Shown here piece after piece: positions 1-10,489 of a stretch of 45,697 nt of DNA; positions within the stretch are counted from its first letter, which is position 1, and every line of letters begins with the position of its first letter. The stretch is from an uncultured Mycoplasmatota bacterium. Lineage in GTDB: Bacteria; Bacillota_I; Bacilli_A; RF39; UBA660. Made by a program: the position numbers and the translations under genes. Below the pieces are notes generated by a model that saw only the letters and a list, made by a program, of their open reading frames with translations, was not told where the DNA came from and did no database searches. The stretch lies in contig CAMMBX010000002.1 in the NCBI GenBank assembly GCA_946494345.1, forward strand, positions 1-45,697, in the 5' to 3' direction.

Positions 1-30
1 CACTAAGAAATAGAAAAGAAAGAGAGGTGT

Positions 31-53
31 AGTCGAGATTTGTCTACTCGACT
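31..53 (+). promoter_or_regulatory. 7-bp hairpin between a Shine-Dalgarno-like GAGAGG (22-27) and the ATG at 59
   Basis: AGTCGAG (31-37) is the exact reverse complement of CTCGACT (47-53), with a 9-nt loop. No other purine-rich RBS lies closer to the ATG. Confidence 0.3.
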
Positions 54-58
54 GTCAT

Positions 59-802
59 ATGAATACAAAAAATGAATATGCAATTAAAGTAAGTCATGTT
101 ACTAAAAAATTTAAAGTTTATTATGATAAAGCAAACACTTTAAAAGAACAATTAGTATTTTGGAAAAGTAAAAATAAAGTAGAAGAAAGAACTGTTTTAA
201 ATGATATCAATTTAGAAATAAAAAAAGGTGAGACAGTTGCTTTAATAGGTACTAATGGTAGTGGAAAAAGTACTTTGCTAAAATTGATGACTAAAATAAT
301 TTATCCCACTAAAGGTAAAATAACAACAGTGGGAAAATTAACATCATTATTAGAGTTAGGTGCTGGCTTTCATGATGATTTTACTGGTAGAGAAAATATA
401 TATTTTAATGCATCAATATTCGGACTAACAAGAAGTGAAATAGATAAAAAAATAGATGATATTATCAAATTTTCTGAGTTAGAAGAATTTATAGATAATC
501 CCGTAAGAACATATTCATCTGGAATGTATATGCGTTTAGCTTTTTCTGTTGCTATTAATGTTAATGCGGAAATTCTTTTAATTGATGAGATACTTGCTGT
601 TGGCGACCAACACTTTCAAGATAAATGTTTTGATAAGTTAAAAGAACTTAAAGAAAGTGATAAAACAATTGTAATTGTAAGTCATAGCTTAGATTCAATT
701 AGAAAACTTTGTACAAGGGCTATTTGGATTAAAGATGGCCATGTAGAAATGGATGGAGAAACCAATAAAGTAATTGATAAATATTTAGAGGAATGCAAGT
801 AG
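59..802 (+). CDS. ABC transporter ATP-binding protein, polysaccharide/teichoic-acid export type (Wzt/TagH/RgpD-like, NBD only)
   Basis: Walker A GTNGSGKST, signature YSSGMYMRLAF, Walker B LLIDE. An ABC-2 permease follows 10 nt downstream. Confidence 0.9.
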   Translation: MNTKNEYAIKVSHVTKKFKVYYDKANTLKEQLVFWKSKNKVEERTVLNDINLEIKKGETVALIGTNGSGKSTLLKLMTKIIYPTKGKITTVGKLTSLLELGAGFHDDFTGRENIYFNASIFGLTRSEIDKKIDDIIKFSELEEFIDNPVRTYSSGMYMRLAFSVAINVNAEILLIDEILAVGDQHFQDKCFDKLKELKESDKTIVIVSHSLDSIRKLCTRAIWIKDGHVEMDGETNKVIDKYLEECK

Positions 803-812
803 AGGTGATAAT

Positions 813-1586
813 ATGCAATTAGCTAGAAATTTGTATAATTATAGAGAACTTTTAAAAAGTAATGTTAAAAAAGAGATTCGTGGTAAATATAAGGGATCTT
901 TTCTAGGTGTTTTGTGGTCATTTATTAATCCATTATTACAAGTAGCAGTATATGCAATTGTCTTTCCTTATATTATGAGAGTACAAACAGACAATTATCT
1001 AATATACTTAATTATTGGTATTATTCCTTGGACTTTTTTTACTACTGTTATTAATCAAGGCATGATTACGGTAAGAATAAATGCGGGCATTATAAAAAAA
1101 GTATATTTTCCAAGAGAAATTTTGCCAATTTCTGTGGCGGTTAGTGGCTTGATTAACTTTCTAATAAGCTGTATTATAATTTTATTATTTTGTATTTTTG
1201 GAGGAGTAGGTATTAGTTGGCATCTTATATTGTTACCATTTATTGCCATTATACAGTTTTTTTTAACACTAGGTATTGTCTTTGCTTTAAGTGCTATTAA
1301 TGTATATATTAAAGATACTGAATATTTAATAGCTTTCTTCCTTAATATGTTATTTTATGCAACTCCAATTCTTTATGAAGCAACATTATTTCCAGAAAGT
1401 ATTAGATTTATACTTTATTTAAATCCAATGACACAAGTTGTTTTAGCATATCGAGATATTTTCTTATATCATCAAGTGCCAGAATTGAGCGGCATAATTT
1501 ATTTAATTATAATAACAATTATAATATTTGCATTAGGTCTATTAATATTTAGAAAATTGGAAAAAGGTTTTGCAGAGGAGGTATAA
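813..1586 (+). CDS. ABC-2 type polysaccharide export permease (Wzm/TagG/RgpC-like)
   Basis: About 6 predicted TM helices. The N-terminal motif KYKGSFLGVLWSFINPLL is typical of ABC-2 permeases. It is paired with the upstream NBD. Confidence 0.85.
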   Translation: MQLARNLYNYRELLKSNVKKEIRGKYKGSFLGVLWSFINPLLQVAVYAIVFPYIMRVQTDNYLIYLIIGIIPWTFFTTVINQGMITVRINAGIIKKVYFPREILPISVAVSGLINFLISCIIILLFCIFGGVGISWHLILLPFIAIIQFFLTLGIVFALSAINVYIKDTEYLIAFFLNMLFYATPILYEATLFPESIRFILYLNPMTQVVLAYRDIFLYHQVPELSGIIYLIIITIIIFALGLLIFRKLEKGFAEEV

Positions 1587-1587
1587 T

Positions 1588-3750
1588 ATGAAATGTGATT
1601 ATGTACATATTGAAGAAGCGAGAGTTTATGGAGTTAAGAATCCTAAATTCTTTGTTATTGGTAGTGTAATGGATAAGAATGCTACTTTTAAGATATTAGC
1701 AGATGGTAAAGAAATAGAATATCATAAATTGCCTAATTTAGCGAATTGTGGTTTTTGTTTAGAAGCTGAACTTACTAATGATATGAAAAAATTAGAAGTA
1801 TATGCTATTAAAGATGGCAAAGAAGAACTTATTTGTGTAAGAGAAAACTCTAAAATGCATCGTATTAAAACTAAAATTAGAAAGACTCTTGAACCATTTG
1901 AGATTAAAATAAAGAAAATAGCCCATGTTTTTGCTAGTTTCTTTAAAGCGATAGGTCGTGGCTTTAGATTTTTATGGAGAGAACATCATCTATTAGTTCC
2001 TCCAACATTATGGGGAAAATATTTAAAAGACTTTGCTACTAAAATGAAAGAAATATTTAGAGGGGGACTATATTTAGATCCAGGTACACCTAGTGATTAT
2101 CAATATTGGTTAAAAAGACAAGCTTTAGCATATCCTAGAGAAGAACCTAAAAAATTAAAATATAATCCTAAAATATCTATGGTTATACCAGTTTATAATG
2201 TAAGTAGAGAATTATTAAGCGATTGTCTAGATTCTATTTTAAATCAAAGTTATACAAATTTTGAAATATGTCTTGCTGATGATAAATCTACTAATAAAGA
2301 AACAATTGATACTTTAAAAGAATATATGAAAAAAGATGAAAGAATTAAAGTAGTATTTAGAAAAGAAAATGGTCATATATCAAAAGCGACAAATAGTGCA
2401 ATAGAAATCGCTACAGGTGAGTTTATTGGGCTTATGGATAATGATGACACTCTAGATCAAGACGCTTTATGTGAAGTTGCTAAACTTTTAAATGAAGATA
2501 AGACTTTAGATATGATTTATACTGATGAAGATAAACTTGATATGAAAGGAAATAGAAGAGATCCTCATTTTAAAGCAGATTTTTCACCAGATACATTATT
2601 AAGTAGTAATTATATTTGTCATTTCTGTGTTTTGAGAAAGAAAATAGTTGATAAAATAGGAGGCTTTAGAGTAGGTTATGAAGGCAGTCAAGATCATGAT
2701 TTATTCTTAAGATTTACAGAAGTTAGTGATAGAGTAGGACATATTCCTAAAGTTTTATATCACTGGAGAATGATACCAGGTTCTACTGCTGCTACTATAG
2801 ATAGTAAAAGTTATGCTTTAGAGCGTGGTAAGAAGTGTGTTGAAGATGCTTTAAAAAGAAGAAAAATAAAAGGTGAAGTTACTATTAAATATAATCACTA
2901 TTTAGTAGAGTATAAATATTCTAAAGAACCTAGTATTTCTATAATTATTCCTACTAAAGATCATGCTGATGATACTAGAAAGTGTTTAGTATCAGTATTT
3001 GATAAAACTAATTACAAAAATTATGAAGTTGTTTTAGTTAATAATAATAGTACAGAGCAAGAATTATTTGATTTAATAGATGAGTTTAAAAAGAAATATA
3101 AAAACTTTAGAGTAGTAGATGCTCCTATTCCCTTTAATTATTCAAAAATAAATAATATGGCTGTTAAAACTTGTAAGAGTGATTATATAGTATTATTAAA
3201 TAATGATACTGAACTAATAACAGGAGATTGGTTGAAAATAATGGTTGGTTATGCTATGCAAAAACATATTGGTACAGTAGGTGTTAAACTACTTTATCCT
3301 GATAATACTATTCAACATGGAGGCGTTGTTCTTGGAGTAGGAGGAATTGCTAATCATGCTTTCTTAGGAGAGTCAAGAGACTCTATTGGTTTATATGCCC
3401 GACTTGCCCTACCTCATAACTATAGTGCTAATACAGCAGCTTGTTTTATGGTATCAAGAAAAAAATATGATGAAGTAGGTGGACTCGAAGAGGAACTTAT
3501 GGTAGCGTATAATGATATAGACTTTAATTTAAAGCTTTTAGAAAAAGGATATTATAATGTCTTTCTTCCTCAAGTAGAATTATATCATTATGAGTCTAAA
3601 TCAAGAGGACTTGATACAACAACAGAAAAATATAAAAGATTTATGAAAGAACAATATTATATGTATGAAAAATGGGATAAATATATTGATAGAGATCCAT
3701 TTTATAATAAAAATTTCAGCATAACAAAAAGCTTTTATTTGGACAAATAG
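1588..3750 (+). CDS. Multidomain glycosyltransferase: unassigned N-terminal region plus two GT2 domains
   Basis: Two GT-A signatures: ISMVIPVYNV...LMDNDD and ISIIIPTKD...LLNNDTE. The start was moved to ATG 1588, which sits 6 nt after AGGAGG; the track start at 1570 is a TTG that overlaps the RBS. Confidence 0.85.
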   Translation: MKCDYVHIEEARVYGVKNPKFFVIGSVMDKNATFKILADGKEIEYHKLPNLANCGFCLEAELTNDMKKLEVYAIKDGKEELICVRENSKMHRIKTKIRKTLEPFEIKIKKIAHVFASFFKAIGRGFRFLWREHHLLVPPTLWGKYLKDFATKMKEIFRGGLYLDPGTPSDYQYWLKRQALAYPREEPKKLKYNPKISMVIPVYNVSRELLSDCLDSILNQSYTNFEICLADDKSTNKETIDTLKEYMKKDERIKVVFRKENGHISKATNSAIEIATGEFIGLMDNDDTLDQDALCEVAKLLNEDKTLDMIYTDEDKLDMKGNRRDPHFKADFSPDTLLSSNYICHFCVLRKKIVDKIGGFRVGYEGSQDHDLFLRFTEVSDRVGHIPKVLYHWRMIPGSTAATIDSKSYALERGKKCVEDALKRRKIKGEVTIKYNHYLVEYKYSKEPSISIIIPTKDHADDTRKCLVSVFDKTNYKNYEVVLVNNNSTEQELFDLIDEFKKKYKNFRVVDAPIPFNYSKINNMAVKTCKSDYIVLLNNDTELITGDWLKIMVGYAMQKHIGTVGVKLLYPDNTIQHGGVVLGVGGIANHAFLGESRDSIGLYARLALPHNYSANTAACFMVSRKKYDEVGGLEEELMVAYNDIDFNLKLLEKGYYNVFLPQVELYHYESKSRGLDTTTEKYKRFMKEQYYMYEKWDKYIDRDPFYNKNFSITKSFYLDK

Positions 3751-3836
3751 ATAGGAGTAGTAATTATTGGAAAATATTTATTATATGTCAAATATATCTT
3801 TGTATATTATTATAACTAGTTATAGGAGGTAAAAAT

Positions 3837-5921
3837 GTGAAAAAATTAAAGTGTTTTTTCAAAAAAAATAGTAAGTTGCTATGGTATTTGTTAGCTTTAT
3901 TAACAATATTTTTAGTATTTATTCCTATATATTATAAATTTCCTCAATATAAAGTAACTATGGCATTTGAAGGAATGTTAATAGTTTTAACATTATTATG
4001 TTATTTTTTTACAAATATTTTTAAAAAAATAGGTAATTTTCTTATAGAATTTAGATATCCTGTTGCTTTAATAATATTTATTTTGTGTGTATTACTAAAA
4101 ATAAATATGTCTTCCATTGGAATGTATAATGTAGTATTAAATGATCGAGGGGGAAATAATAATGATAATGTTTGGGGAATTAGCAGGGAAATTAGATCTG
4201 ATGAATGGCTAGTTCATACACCATATTATTTTTCACAGCAGTATAATGATTATAAAAAAATAAGTAATCTTATGAGTTTATCTGGTCAAGATATGATAGT
4301 TGGCTATAATGCTCCTGTTAAAGATATATCTTTATTAGCTAAACCTCTTACTTGGGGATATTTATTGTTAGGAAATGATTATGGTCTTTCTTGGTATTGG
4401 TGTTTAAAAATAATTTTATTTTCACTGGGAGCTTTTGAATTAACGATGATTATTACTAAGAAAAATAAATTAGTATCTTGTTTGGGCGTATTATTAATTG
4501 CATTTGCTCCTACTATGCAGTGGTGGTTTGTTCCTCACTTTGTAGATGTTGTTTTATGGAGTATATGGTTACTTGTTTTGGCTTATCATTTTTTTACTGC
4601 TAAGACGAGGCGATTTAGGAACTTACTTACAATACTTACTCCTCTTGCAGGTTGTGTATTTGTCTTATCATTGTTTCCATCTTTACAAATACCACTTGGA
4701 CTTTTGGCTATTCTTCTATTAGTAGTATTCTTAATAAGAGATAAAAATACGATAACATTTAAAAAAAAGAATCTAATTAATATTTTAATTATGATTGCAA
4801 TTGCTGGAGTTATTTTAGGATATACTTTATTTACATCACTTGAGGCTATAAAGGCTTTGTATAGTACTTCATATCCTGGTAAGCGAGTTTCTTTTGGTAA
4901 TACTGGAACTTTAGAGTCTATTTTTACAAATTTAACAACTATATTTTTACCATATAAGGATATTAATTATCTTAATAATTGTGAAGTTAGTGATTTTATT
5001 CATTTCGCACCGATTTTTTTGCTTATTTATCCTTTGATTTACAAATATTTAAAAAAGAAAAAATCTAACGATTTAATAGTTGGTAATGCTTTATTGGTTG
5101 CAATTATTGTTAGTTTAACATTTTATTTAGTAGGCTTTTCAGAAATTCTTTCTAAAATTACATTGTTTTCTTATGTTAATAGAATTCAAACTGTTTATGG
5201 ATTTATTGCTGTTCTGTTTAGTTTATGGTGTATTTATGTCTTATTTAAGTATAAAGATATTTTAACTAACAAACAAAAAATTATTTCTTTAATAATATTT
5301 GTAGTTGTCTATATTTTAATAATAAGTGAACAGCTTCTTTCTTATATGCCTATATATGTATATATTATAGAGATATTAGTTTTTGCTTTTATTATATTTA
5401 CTGTTTATTATAATTTAAAATACTTGACTACAGCTTTGATATTTCTTTTGATTTTATTTTCATCATTTACAATTAATCCAATTATAAGTGGTGATGATGC
5501 TTTAACTAATCACAAAATAATTGATGAAGCGAAAGAAATATATGAAAGTGATAAAGGATATTTCTTAACTATAGATACTTTGCATATGCAATCTTTACTT
5601 TTAGCGAATGGTGTAGATGTACTTAATGCAGTTAATTTTTACCCTGACTTTGCAAAATGGGAAGAATTAGATGAACATAAAGAAAATTATGAGTATTATA
5701 ATCGGTACTTGCATATGAACTTTAAACTTACTAATAAGAAAACGAATTTCAATCTTATTACTGATGATAATCTAGAGATTAATATTAATCCTAGAGATTT
5801 AGAGAAAATTGATGTAAAGTATTTGTTAGCTCCTTATGATGTATCTAATACATTAGAAGATAATGATGTTGACTTTGAAACATTGTATAATGAAGATTAT
5901 TATATTTATAAACTAGGATAG
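3837..5921 (+). CDS. Large polytopic membrane protein, possible GT-C-type extracytoplasmic glycosyltransferase
   Basis: 694 aa with many hydrophobic segments and a soluble C-terminal region. GTG start 7 nt after AGGAGG. The function is inferred only from its position in the polysaccharide locus. Confidence 0.5.
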   Translation: MKKLKCFFKKNSKLLWYLLALLTIFLVFIPIYYKFPQYKVTMAFEGMLIVLTLLCYFFTNIFKKIGNFLIEFRYPVALIIFILCVLLKINMSSIGMYNVVLNDRGGNNNDNVWGISREIRSDEWLVHTPYYFSQQYNDYKKISNLMSLSGQDMIVGYNAPVKDISLLAKPLTWGYLLLGNDYGLSWYWCLKIILFSLGAFELTMIITKKNKLVSCLGVLLIAFAPTMQWWFVPHFVDVVLWSIWLLVLAYHFFTAKTRRFRNLLTILTPLAGCVFVLSLFPSLQIPLGLLAILLLVVFLIRDKNTITFKKKNLINILIMIAIAGVILGYTLFTSLEAIKALYSTSYPGKRVSFGNTGTLESIFTNLTTIFLPYKDINYLNNCEVSDFIHFAPIFLLIYPLIYKYLKKKKSNDLIVGNALLVAIIVSLTFYLVGFSEILSKITLFSYVNRIQTVYGFIAVLFSLWCIYVLFKYKDILTNKQKIISLIIFVVVYILIISEQLLSYMPIYVYIIEILVFAFIIFTVYYNLKYLTTALIFLLILFSSFTINPIISGDDALTNHKIIDEAKEIYESDKGYFLTIDTLHMQSLLLANGVDVLNAVNFYPDFAKWEELDEHKENYEYYNRYLHMNFKLTNKKTNFNLITDDNLEININPRDLEKIDVKYLLAPYDVSNTLEDNDVDFETLYNEDYYIYKLG

Positions 5922-5934
5922 ATAGGATGGTATT

Positions 5935-7680
5935 ATGAATAATAAATTATTAAAAAGTATTTTAGCTTTAGTTTCTGCTATTATTAGTGTTAATGTATTT
6001 GGTTTAGCAAGTGATAATTTTTTAGGAATTACTATTATTTTATTTATCCTTTTCTTTTTTTATAATTTTATTTTGAAAAATATTAGTTTTGATAAAAGAA
6101 AAGTTACTATTTCTTTATTACTTGCTTTTATTTATACTATTTTAAATTTACTAGGTAATATTGTGATAAATGATTTAGTTGTGAGCTTTTCTTTTGTTAT
6201 AAATATAATAGGTAATTTAATATTATTCTCATTTATATGTTTATTTCTTTTTTCTAAAATAGAAGATTTAATTAAAGTAAGGGAAAAGTTTTCTTTTAAG
6301 TTTAATATCTATAAAATTAAACATTTTAAACTTATAGTAATGATTATATTATTTGTTTGCTATATTCCAGCTTTTATAGCATCTTTTCCGGGTGTTTTTG
6401 CTTATGATGCTCCACATCAAGTAACGCAGTTTATAACTTCTAATATTGGTAATAATCAACCGGTAGTTAGTTCGTTATTTATATATTTAATAATGAGTAT
6501 AGGTAAATTTATTTTCTCTTCTTGGGAAGGGGGATTAGCTTTATTTATTGTAGTGCAGATGCTTATTTGCTTTTATGTAATTGCTTATCTTTTAGATTTT
6601 TTAAGAGAAGAGAAGGTTAATCCTATAATAATAATTATTACGTTACTTTTCTTTGCTTTATTTCCTGTTAATCATTTATTTATGGTTAATTCTGGTAAGG
6701 ATACTTTGTTTTCTTATTTCTTCTTATTCTTTGTTATTACTATTATTGAAATGTTTAAAGATAAAGAAAAGTTTTTTAAATCAAAAGGTAAAGTTATTAG
6801 GTTAGTTATTTTGATTTTATTAACTTTATTTTGGCGTAATAATATGATATACGTTTTTATAATAACTGCTTTGATATATTTAATTGTATTAAAAAAAAAT
6901 TGTTTAAAATGGCTTATTATAATGATAGTTACAATTGTTCCTTACTTTGTTGTAACTGGACCTGTTTATGATAGTTTAGGTATAAGAAATTCTAATACTA
7001 GAGAGATGATGAGTATTCCTGCTCAAAGTATTGTTAATATTTATACTAAGAATTCTGATAGTATAAGTAATAAGGATAAAAAGATGATTAAATATTATTT
7101 TGGTACTAATAATGTAGAGGAGTTAAAGGGAATTTATAGGCCATTTAATGGTGATAATACTAAAGTATCAATTAACAATGAAAAATTATTGGAAAATACT
7201 GGTGATTTTGTAAAGTTATTTTTATCTTTATCATTTAGATATCCAGTTGACTTTTTAGAAGCTTTTCTTTCAAATACTCTTGGTTATTGGTATCCTAATA
7301 TTAATTTTCCTAATGATGGAGTTTATCCTCAAAAATATATAGAATATACTAATTCTACTTATGAAGTTGAAATGATGACTGATAGATATGACTATTTACC
7401 ATCTTTGTCTAATTACTATTTAGATTTAGGTGAAGGAAGAGGTCTTTCTATGCTTGGACCTTTAGCATTTCTTGGTAATATGGGCTTAATATTATGGATA
7501 TATCTTTTCTTTATAGCTTATTCTATCTATAAGAGGAGATATAATATCTTATTATATTTGATTCCATTAGCATTGTTATTTGCAACTAATTTATTAGGAC
7601 CAGTTGTAATTTTTAGATATGTATATTATCTATTAATTTCAATGATTCTATTTGTTGTTTTATCTTTTAGAAAAGAGTAA
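5935..7680 (+). CDS. Polytopic membrane protein, possible GT-C-type glycosyltransferase or polymerase
   Basis: 581 aa with more than 10 hydrophobic segments, located in the polysaccharide locus. The family name was not verifiable without a search. Confidence 0.5.
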   Translation: MNNKLLKSILALVSAIISVNVFGLASDNFLGITIILFILFFFYNFILKNISFDKRKVTISLLLAFIYTILNLLGNIVINDLVVSFSFVINIIGNLILFSFICLFLFSKIEDLIKVREKFSFKFNIYKIKHFKLIVMIILFVCYIPAFIASFPGVFAYDAPHQVTQFITSNIGNNQPVVSSLFIYLIMSIGKFIFSSWEGGLALFIVVQMLICFYVIAYLLDFLREEKVNPIIIIITLLFFALFPVNHLFMVNSGKDTLFSYFFLFFVITIIEMFKDKEKFFKSKGKVIRLVILILLTLFWRNNMIYVFIITALIYLIVLKKNCLKWLIIMIVTIVPYFVVTGPVYDSLGIRNSNTREMMSIPAQSIVNIYTKNSDSISNKDKKMIKYYFGTNNVEELKGIYRPFNGDNTKVSINNEKLLENTGDFVKLFLSLSFRYPVDFLEAFLSNTLGYWYPNINFPNDGVYPQKYIEYTNSTYEVEMMTDRYDYLPSLSNYYLDLGEGRGLSMLGPLAFLGNMGLILWIYLFFIAYSIYKRRYNILLYLIPLALLFATNLLGPVVIFRYVYYLLISMILFVVLSFRKE

Positions 7681-7690
7681 TATTTAGTAA

Positions 7691-7719
7691 TTGAAAGAGC
7701 TAGGGTATTGTGTTACAAT
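7691..7719 (+). promoter_or_regulatory. Putative sigma-A promoter inside the polysaccharide locus
   Basis: TTGAAA (7691-7696), a 17-nt spacer, then TGT-TACAAT (extended -10, 7711-7719), located upstream of the GtrB-like gene. Confidence 0.45.
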
Positions 7720-7745
7720 TTAAGTGAAATGAGGAGAGAAGTATA

Positions 7746-8705
7746 ATGAAAAAAAATGTAGAAAACAAATATAATGATAAAAAAATAGCAGTGTTAATTC
7801 CTTGTTATAATGAGGCTTTAACAGTAGAAAAAGTAGTTAAAGATTATAAAAAGGCTTTACCTAATGCTGATATTTATGTTTATGATAATAATTCTACTGA
7901 TGGGACTGATGAAATTGCAAGAAAAGCAGGGGCAATAGTTCGTTATGAGTATCGTCAAGGTAAAGGTAATGTTATTAGAAGTATGTTTAAAGATATAGAT
8001 GCGGATTGCTATCTAATGATAGATGGTGATGATACTTATCCTGCTAGTAATGCTAAAGAGATGTGTGAGTATGTTTTAGATGGTAAAGCTGATATGGTAA
8101 TAGGTGATAGATTATCTAGTACATATTTTACAGAAAATAAAAGAGCATTTCATAACTTTGGTAATAAGTTAGTTAGAAGTTTAATTAATCATTTATTTAA
8201 GAGTAATATAAGAGATATAATGACAGGATATCGGGCTTTTAGTTATGAATTTGTTAAGACTTTTCCTGTTTTGTCAAAGGGATTTGAAATTGAAAATGAG
8301 ATGACTATTCATGCTGTTTATAATAATTTTAAATTAGTAGAGATACCTGTTAATTATAAAGATCGTCCGGAAGGAAGTGTTTCTAAGCTTAATACGTATT
8401 CTGATGGTTTTAAGGTATTAATGACAATAACAAGGTTATTTAAAGAATATAAGCCAACTGTTTTCTTTAGTCTTATTGGAACTATTTTATTAATTCTTGC
8501 TTTAATATTTGGTATACCTGTTTTTAATGAATTCTTTAAAACTGGTATGGTTCCAAGATTTCCAACATTAATATTTTCATTAGTTTTATTGTTAATTTCT
8601 ATTTTAATGTATATTACAGGGATTATTTTAGAAGTAGTTGCTAAGAAAAATAAGCAAATATTTGAATTGTTTTTAATTAGAACAAAGAGGGATAATAATG
8701 AATAG
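7746..8705 (+). CDS. GT2 polyprenyl-phosphate glycosyltransferase (GtrB/CsbB/DPM1-like) with C-terminal TM helices
   Basis: AVLIPCYNE...YDNNSTDGT...IDGDDTY GT-A motifs, two C-terminal hydrophobic helices, and an overlap with the GtrA gene. Confidence 0.85.
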   Translation: MKKNVENKYNDKKIAVLIPCYNEALTVEKVVKDYKKALPNADIYVYDNNSTDGTDEIARKAGAIVRYEYRQGKGNVIRSMFKDIDADCYLMIDGDDTYPASNAKEMCEYVLDGKADMVIGDRLSSTYFTENKRAFHNFGNKLVRSLINHLFKSNIRDIMTGYRAFSYEFVKTFPVLSKGFEIENEMTIHAVYNNFKLVEIPVNYKDRPEGSVSKLNTYSDGFKVLMTITRLFKEYKPTVFFSLIGTILLILALIFGIPVFNEFFKTGMVPRFPTLIFSLVLLLISILMYITGIILEVVAKKNKQIFELFLIRTKRDNNE

Positions 8706-9153
8706 TGAAGATAAAACTGCTTTATTTGTAAAGAAAATGTTGAAGATGTTTCATATTAAATTAAAACCTAAGCATGAAAAATTATTTATTCAGATTTTTA
8801 AGTTTGGAATAGTTGGTGGCACGGCTTTTGTAATTGATTTTGTTTTTCTTTATGTTTTTAGAGAATTTTGTCATTTTCCAGTACTTGTTTCTAATACTTT
8901 AGCATTTTGTATTTCTGTTATTTACAACTATATTGCAAGTGTTAAATGGGTATTTGATGTTAATAAGGAAAAAGATGCTAGGAAGCAATTTGTTGTTTTT
9001 ATAGTATTTAGTGTTATTGGATTGTTAATAAATGATTTAATTATGTGGGTAAGTGTAGATTTCTTAAATATTTATTACTTACTTGCAAAAATAATTGCAA
9101 CAGCAGTTGTTATGGTATTTAATTTTGTAACTAGAAAGATTTTTTTAGAGTAG
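8698..9153 (+). CDS. GtrA-family small membrane protein (putative lipid-linked sugar flippase)
   Basis: 151 aa with 4 TM segments. The motif FKFGIVGGTAFVIDF is typical of GtrA. Its ATG overlaps the stop of the upstream GtrB-like gene. Confidence 0.85.
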   Translation: MNSEDKTALFVKKMLKMFHIKLKPKHEKLFIQIFKFGIVGGTAFVIDFVFLYVFREFCHFPVLVSNTLAFCISVIYNYIASVKWVFDVNKEKDARKQFVVFIVFSVIGLLINDLIMWVSVDFLNIYYLLAKIIATAVVMVFNFVTRKIFLE

Positions 9154-9166
9154 GTGGTGATTAATA

Positions 9167-10468
9167 ATGAGAGTAGTAGTAGCAGGTACAGGTTATGTTG
9201 GATTAATTACAGGTGTTGTTTTAGCATATATAGGAAATAAAGTAACATGTATAGATGTTGATAGTAATAAAATTGATTTATTAAATAATGGGCAAAGCCC
9301 AATTTATGAAAAAGATTTAGATAAATATTTATCTTTAGCTAGAGATAATTTGAGTTTTACTACGGATAATAATTGTTATGCTAATAGCGATGTAATTATA
9401 ATAGGTGTTGGAACTCCAGAAAGAAAAGATGGTAGTGCTAATTTAGACTATGTATATAATGTTTGTGATAATATTGTTAAATATGCAAATAAAGATGTAG
9501 TTGTTGTTATTAAGTCAACTGTTCCTATTGGAACCAATGATGATGTTTTAGAGTATTTATCTTCTAAGAGAAGTGATATCAATATAACAGTGGCTAGTAA
9601 TCCTGAATTTCTAGCCCAAGGAACGGCAATACATGATACTTTATATGCTAGTAGAATTATAGTTGGTGCTGAGGATGATAAAACTTTTGATATTATGAGA
9701 AAACTTTATGAACCATTAACTAAAGATCCTTATAATGTTCCTTATCTTGAAATGGATAGAAGAAGTGCTGAAATGGTAAAATATGCTTCTAATGATTTTT
9801 TGGCTTTAAAAATATCATATATTAATGAAATAGCTAATCTATGTAGTAAAGTAGGTGCAAATATTGATGATGTTACTAAGGGTATGAGTTATGATAAGAG
9901 AATTGGATCTTTATTTTTAAAACCAGGAATAGGTTATGGTGGTAGTTGTTTTCCTAAAGATACAAAGGCTTTACACTGGCTTAGTAAAATAAATGATTGT
10001 GAGTTAAAACTAGTAAAAGATTGTATTGAAATTAATAAGAAACAAAAATTAGTATTACTTGATAAATTAAGAGAATATTTTAAGTCTTTAAAAGATTTAA
10101 AGGTTACTATATTAGGCTTAGCTTTTAAACCTATGACAGATGATTTAAGAGAAGCACCATCACTTGTTAACATAGATATGTTGTTAGATTATAATGCTAA
10201 TGTTACAGTATATGATCCTATTGCAACTTCTAGAGTAGAGAAAATATATGGTGATAAAATAAAATATGCTAAAACTATTGATGATGCAATTATGAATAGT
10301 GATGCTGTTTTGATAATGACGGAATGGCAAGAAATAAAAGAGTATAATGTAGATAATTATGTAAAATATATGAATAATGGTAAAGCTAAGGTTTATGATG
10401 GTAGAAATTGCTATGATCCAAAGATTATGAAAGAAAAAGGAATTTATTATTATTCGATAGGAAGGTAA
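9167..10468 (+). CDS. ugd: UDP-glucose 6-dehydrogenase
   Basis: N-terminal Rossmann motif VAGTGYVGL and catalytic Cys motif GYGGSCFPKDT, at full length of about 430 aa. Confidence 0.92.
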   Translation: MRVVVAGTGYVGLITGVVLAYIGNKVTCIDVDSNKIDLLNNGQSPIYEKDLDKYLSLARDNLSFTTDNNCYANSDVIIIGVGTPERKDGSANLDYVYNVCDNIVKYANKDVVVVIKSTVPIGTNDDVLEYLSSKRSDINITVASNPEFLAQGTAIHDTLYASRIIVGAEDDKTFDIMRKLYEPLTKDPYNVPYLEMDRRSAEMVKYASNDFLALKISYINEIANLCSKVGANIDDVTKGMSYDKRIGSLFLKPGIGYGGSCFPKDTKALHWLSKINDCELKLVKDCIEINKKQKLVLLDKLREYFKSLKDLKVTILGLAFKPMTDDLREAPSLVNIDMLLDYNANVTVYDPIATSRVEKIYGDKIKYAKTIDDAIMNSDAVLIMTEWQEIKEYNVDNYVKYMNNGKAKVYDGRNCYDPKIMKEKGIYYYSIGR

Positions 10469-10489
10469 ATTTAGGGAAGGTGTATTTAT

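Noticed and set aside
1055-1249. Short ORFs nested antisense or out of frame inside larger genes: 1055-1249(-), 9934-10173(-), 15998-16189(+), 16554-16736(-), 20887-21084(+), 21259-21600(+), 24786-25052(+), 29179-29397(+), 33913-34107(-), 37843-38040(-) and 42424-42666(-).
   Set aside because: Each lies wholly within, or largely overlaps, a longer ORF that has clear family motifs. Their translations are low-complexity and Ile/Leu/Ser/Phe-rich, as expected from the opposite strand of AT-rich coding DNA. None has a convincing RBS.
1570-1587. Longer N-terminal extensions given by the ORF track at 1570, 18270, 25472, 26651, 30032, 37646, 41990 and 42641.
   Set aside because: In each case the extension begins at a TTG, GTG or ATG that overlaps the Shine-Dalgarno sequence or the neighbouring gene. 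An internal ATG sits 5-9 nt after a GGAGG-like RBS, and the trimmed N-termini match the family-typical starts.
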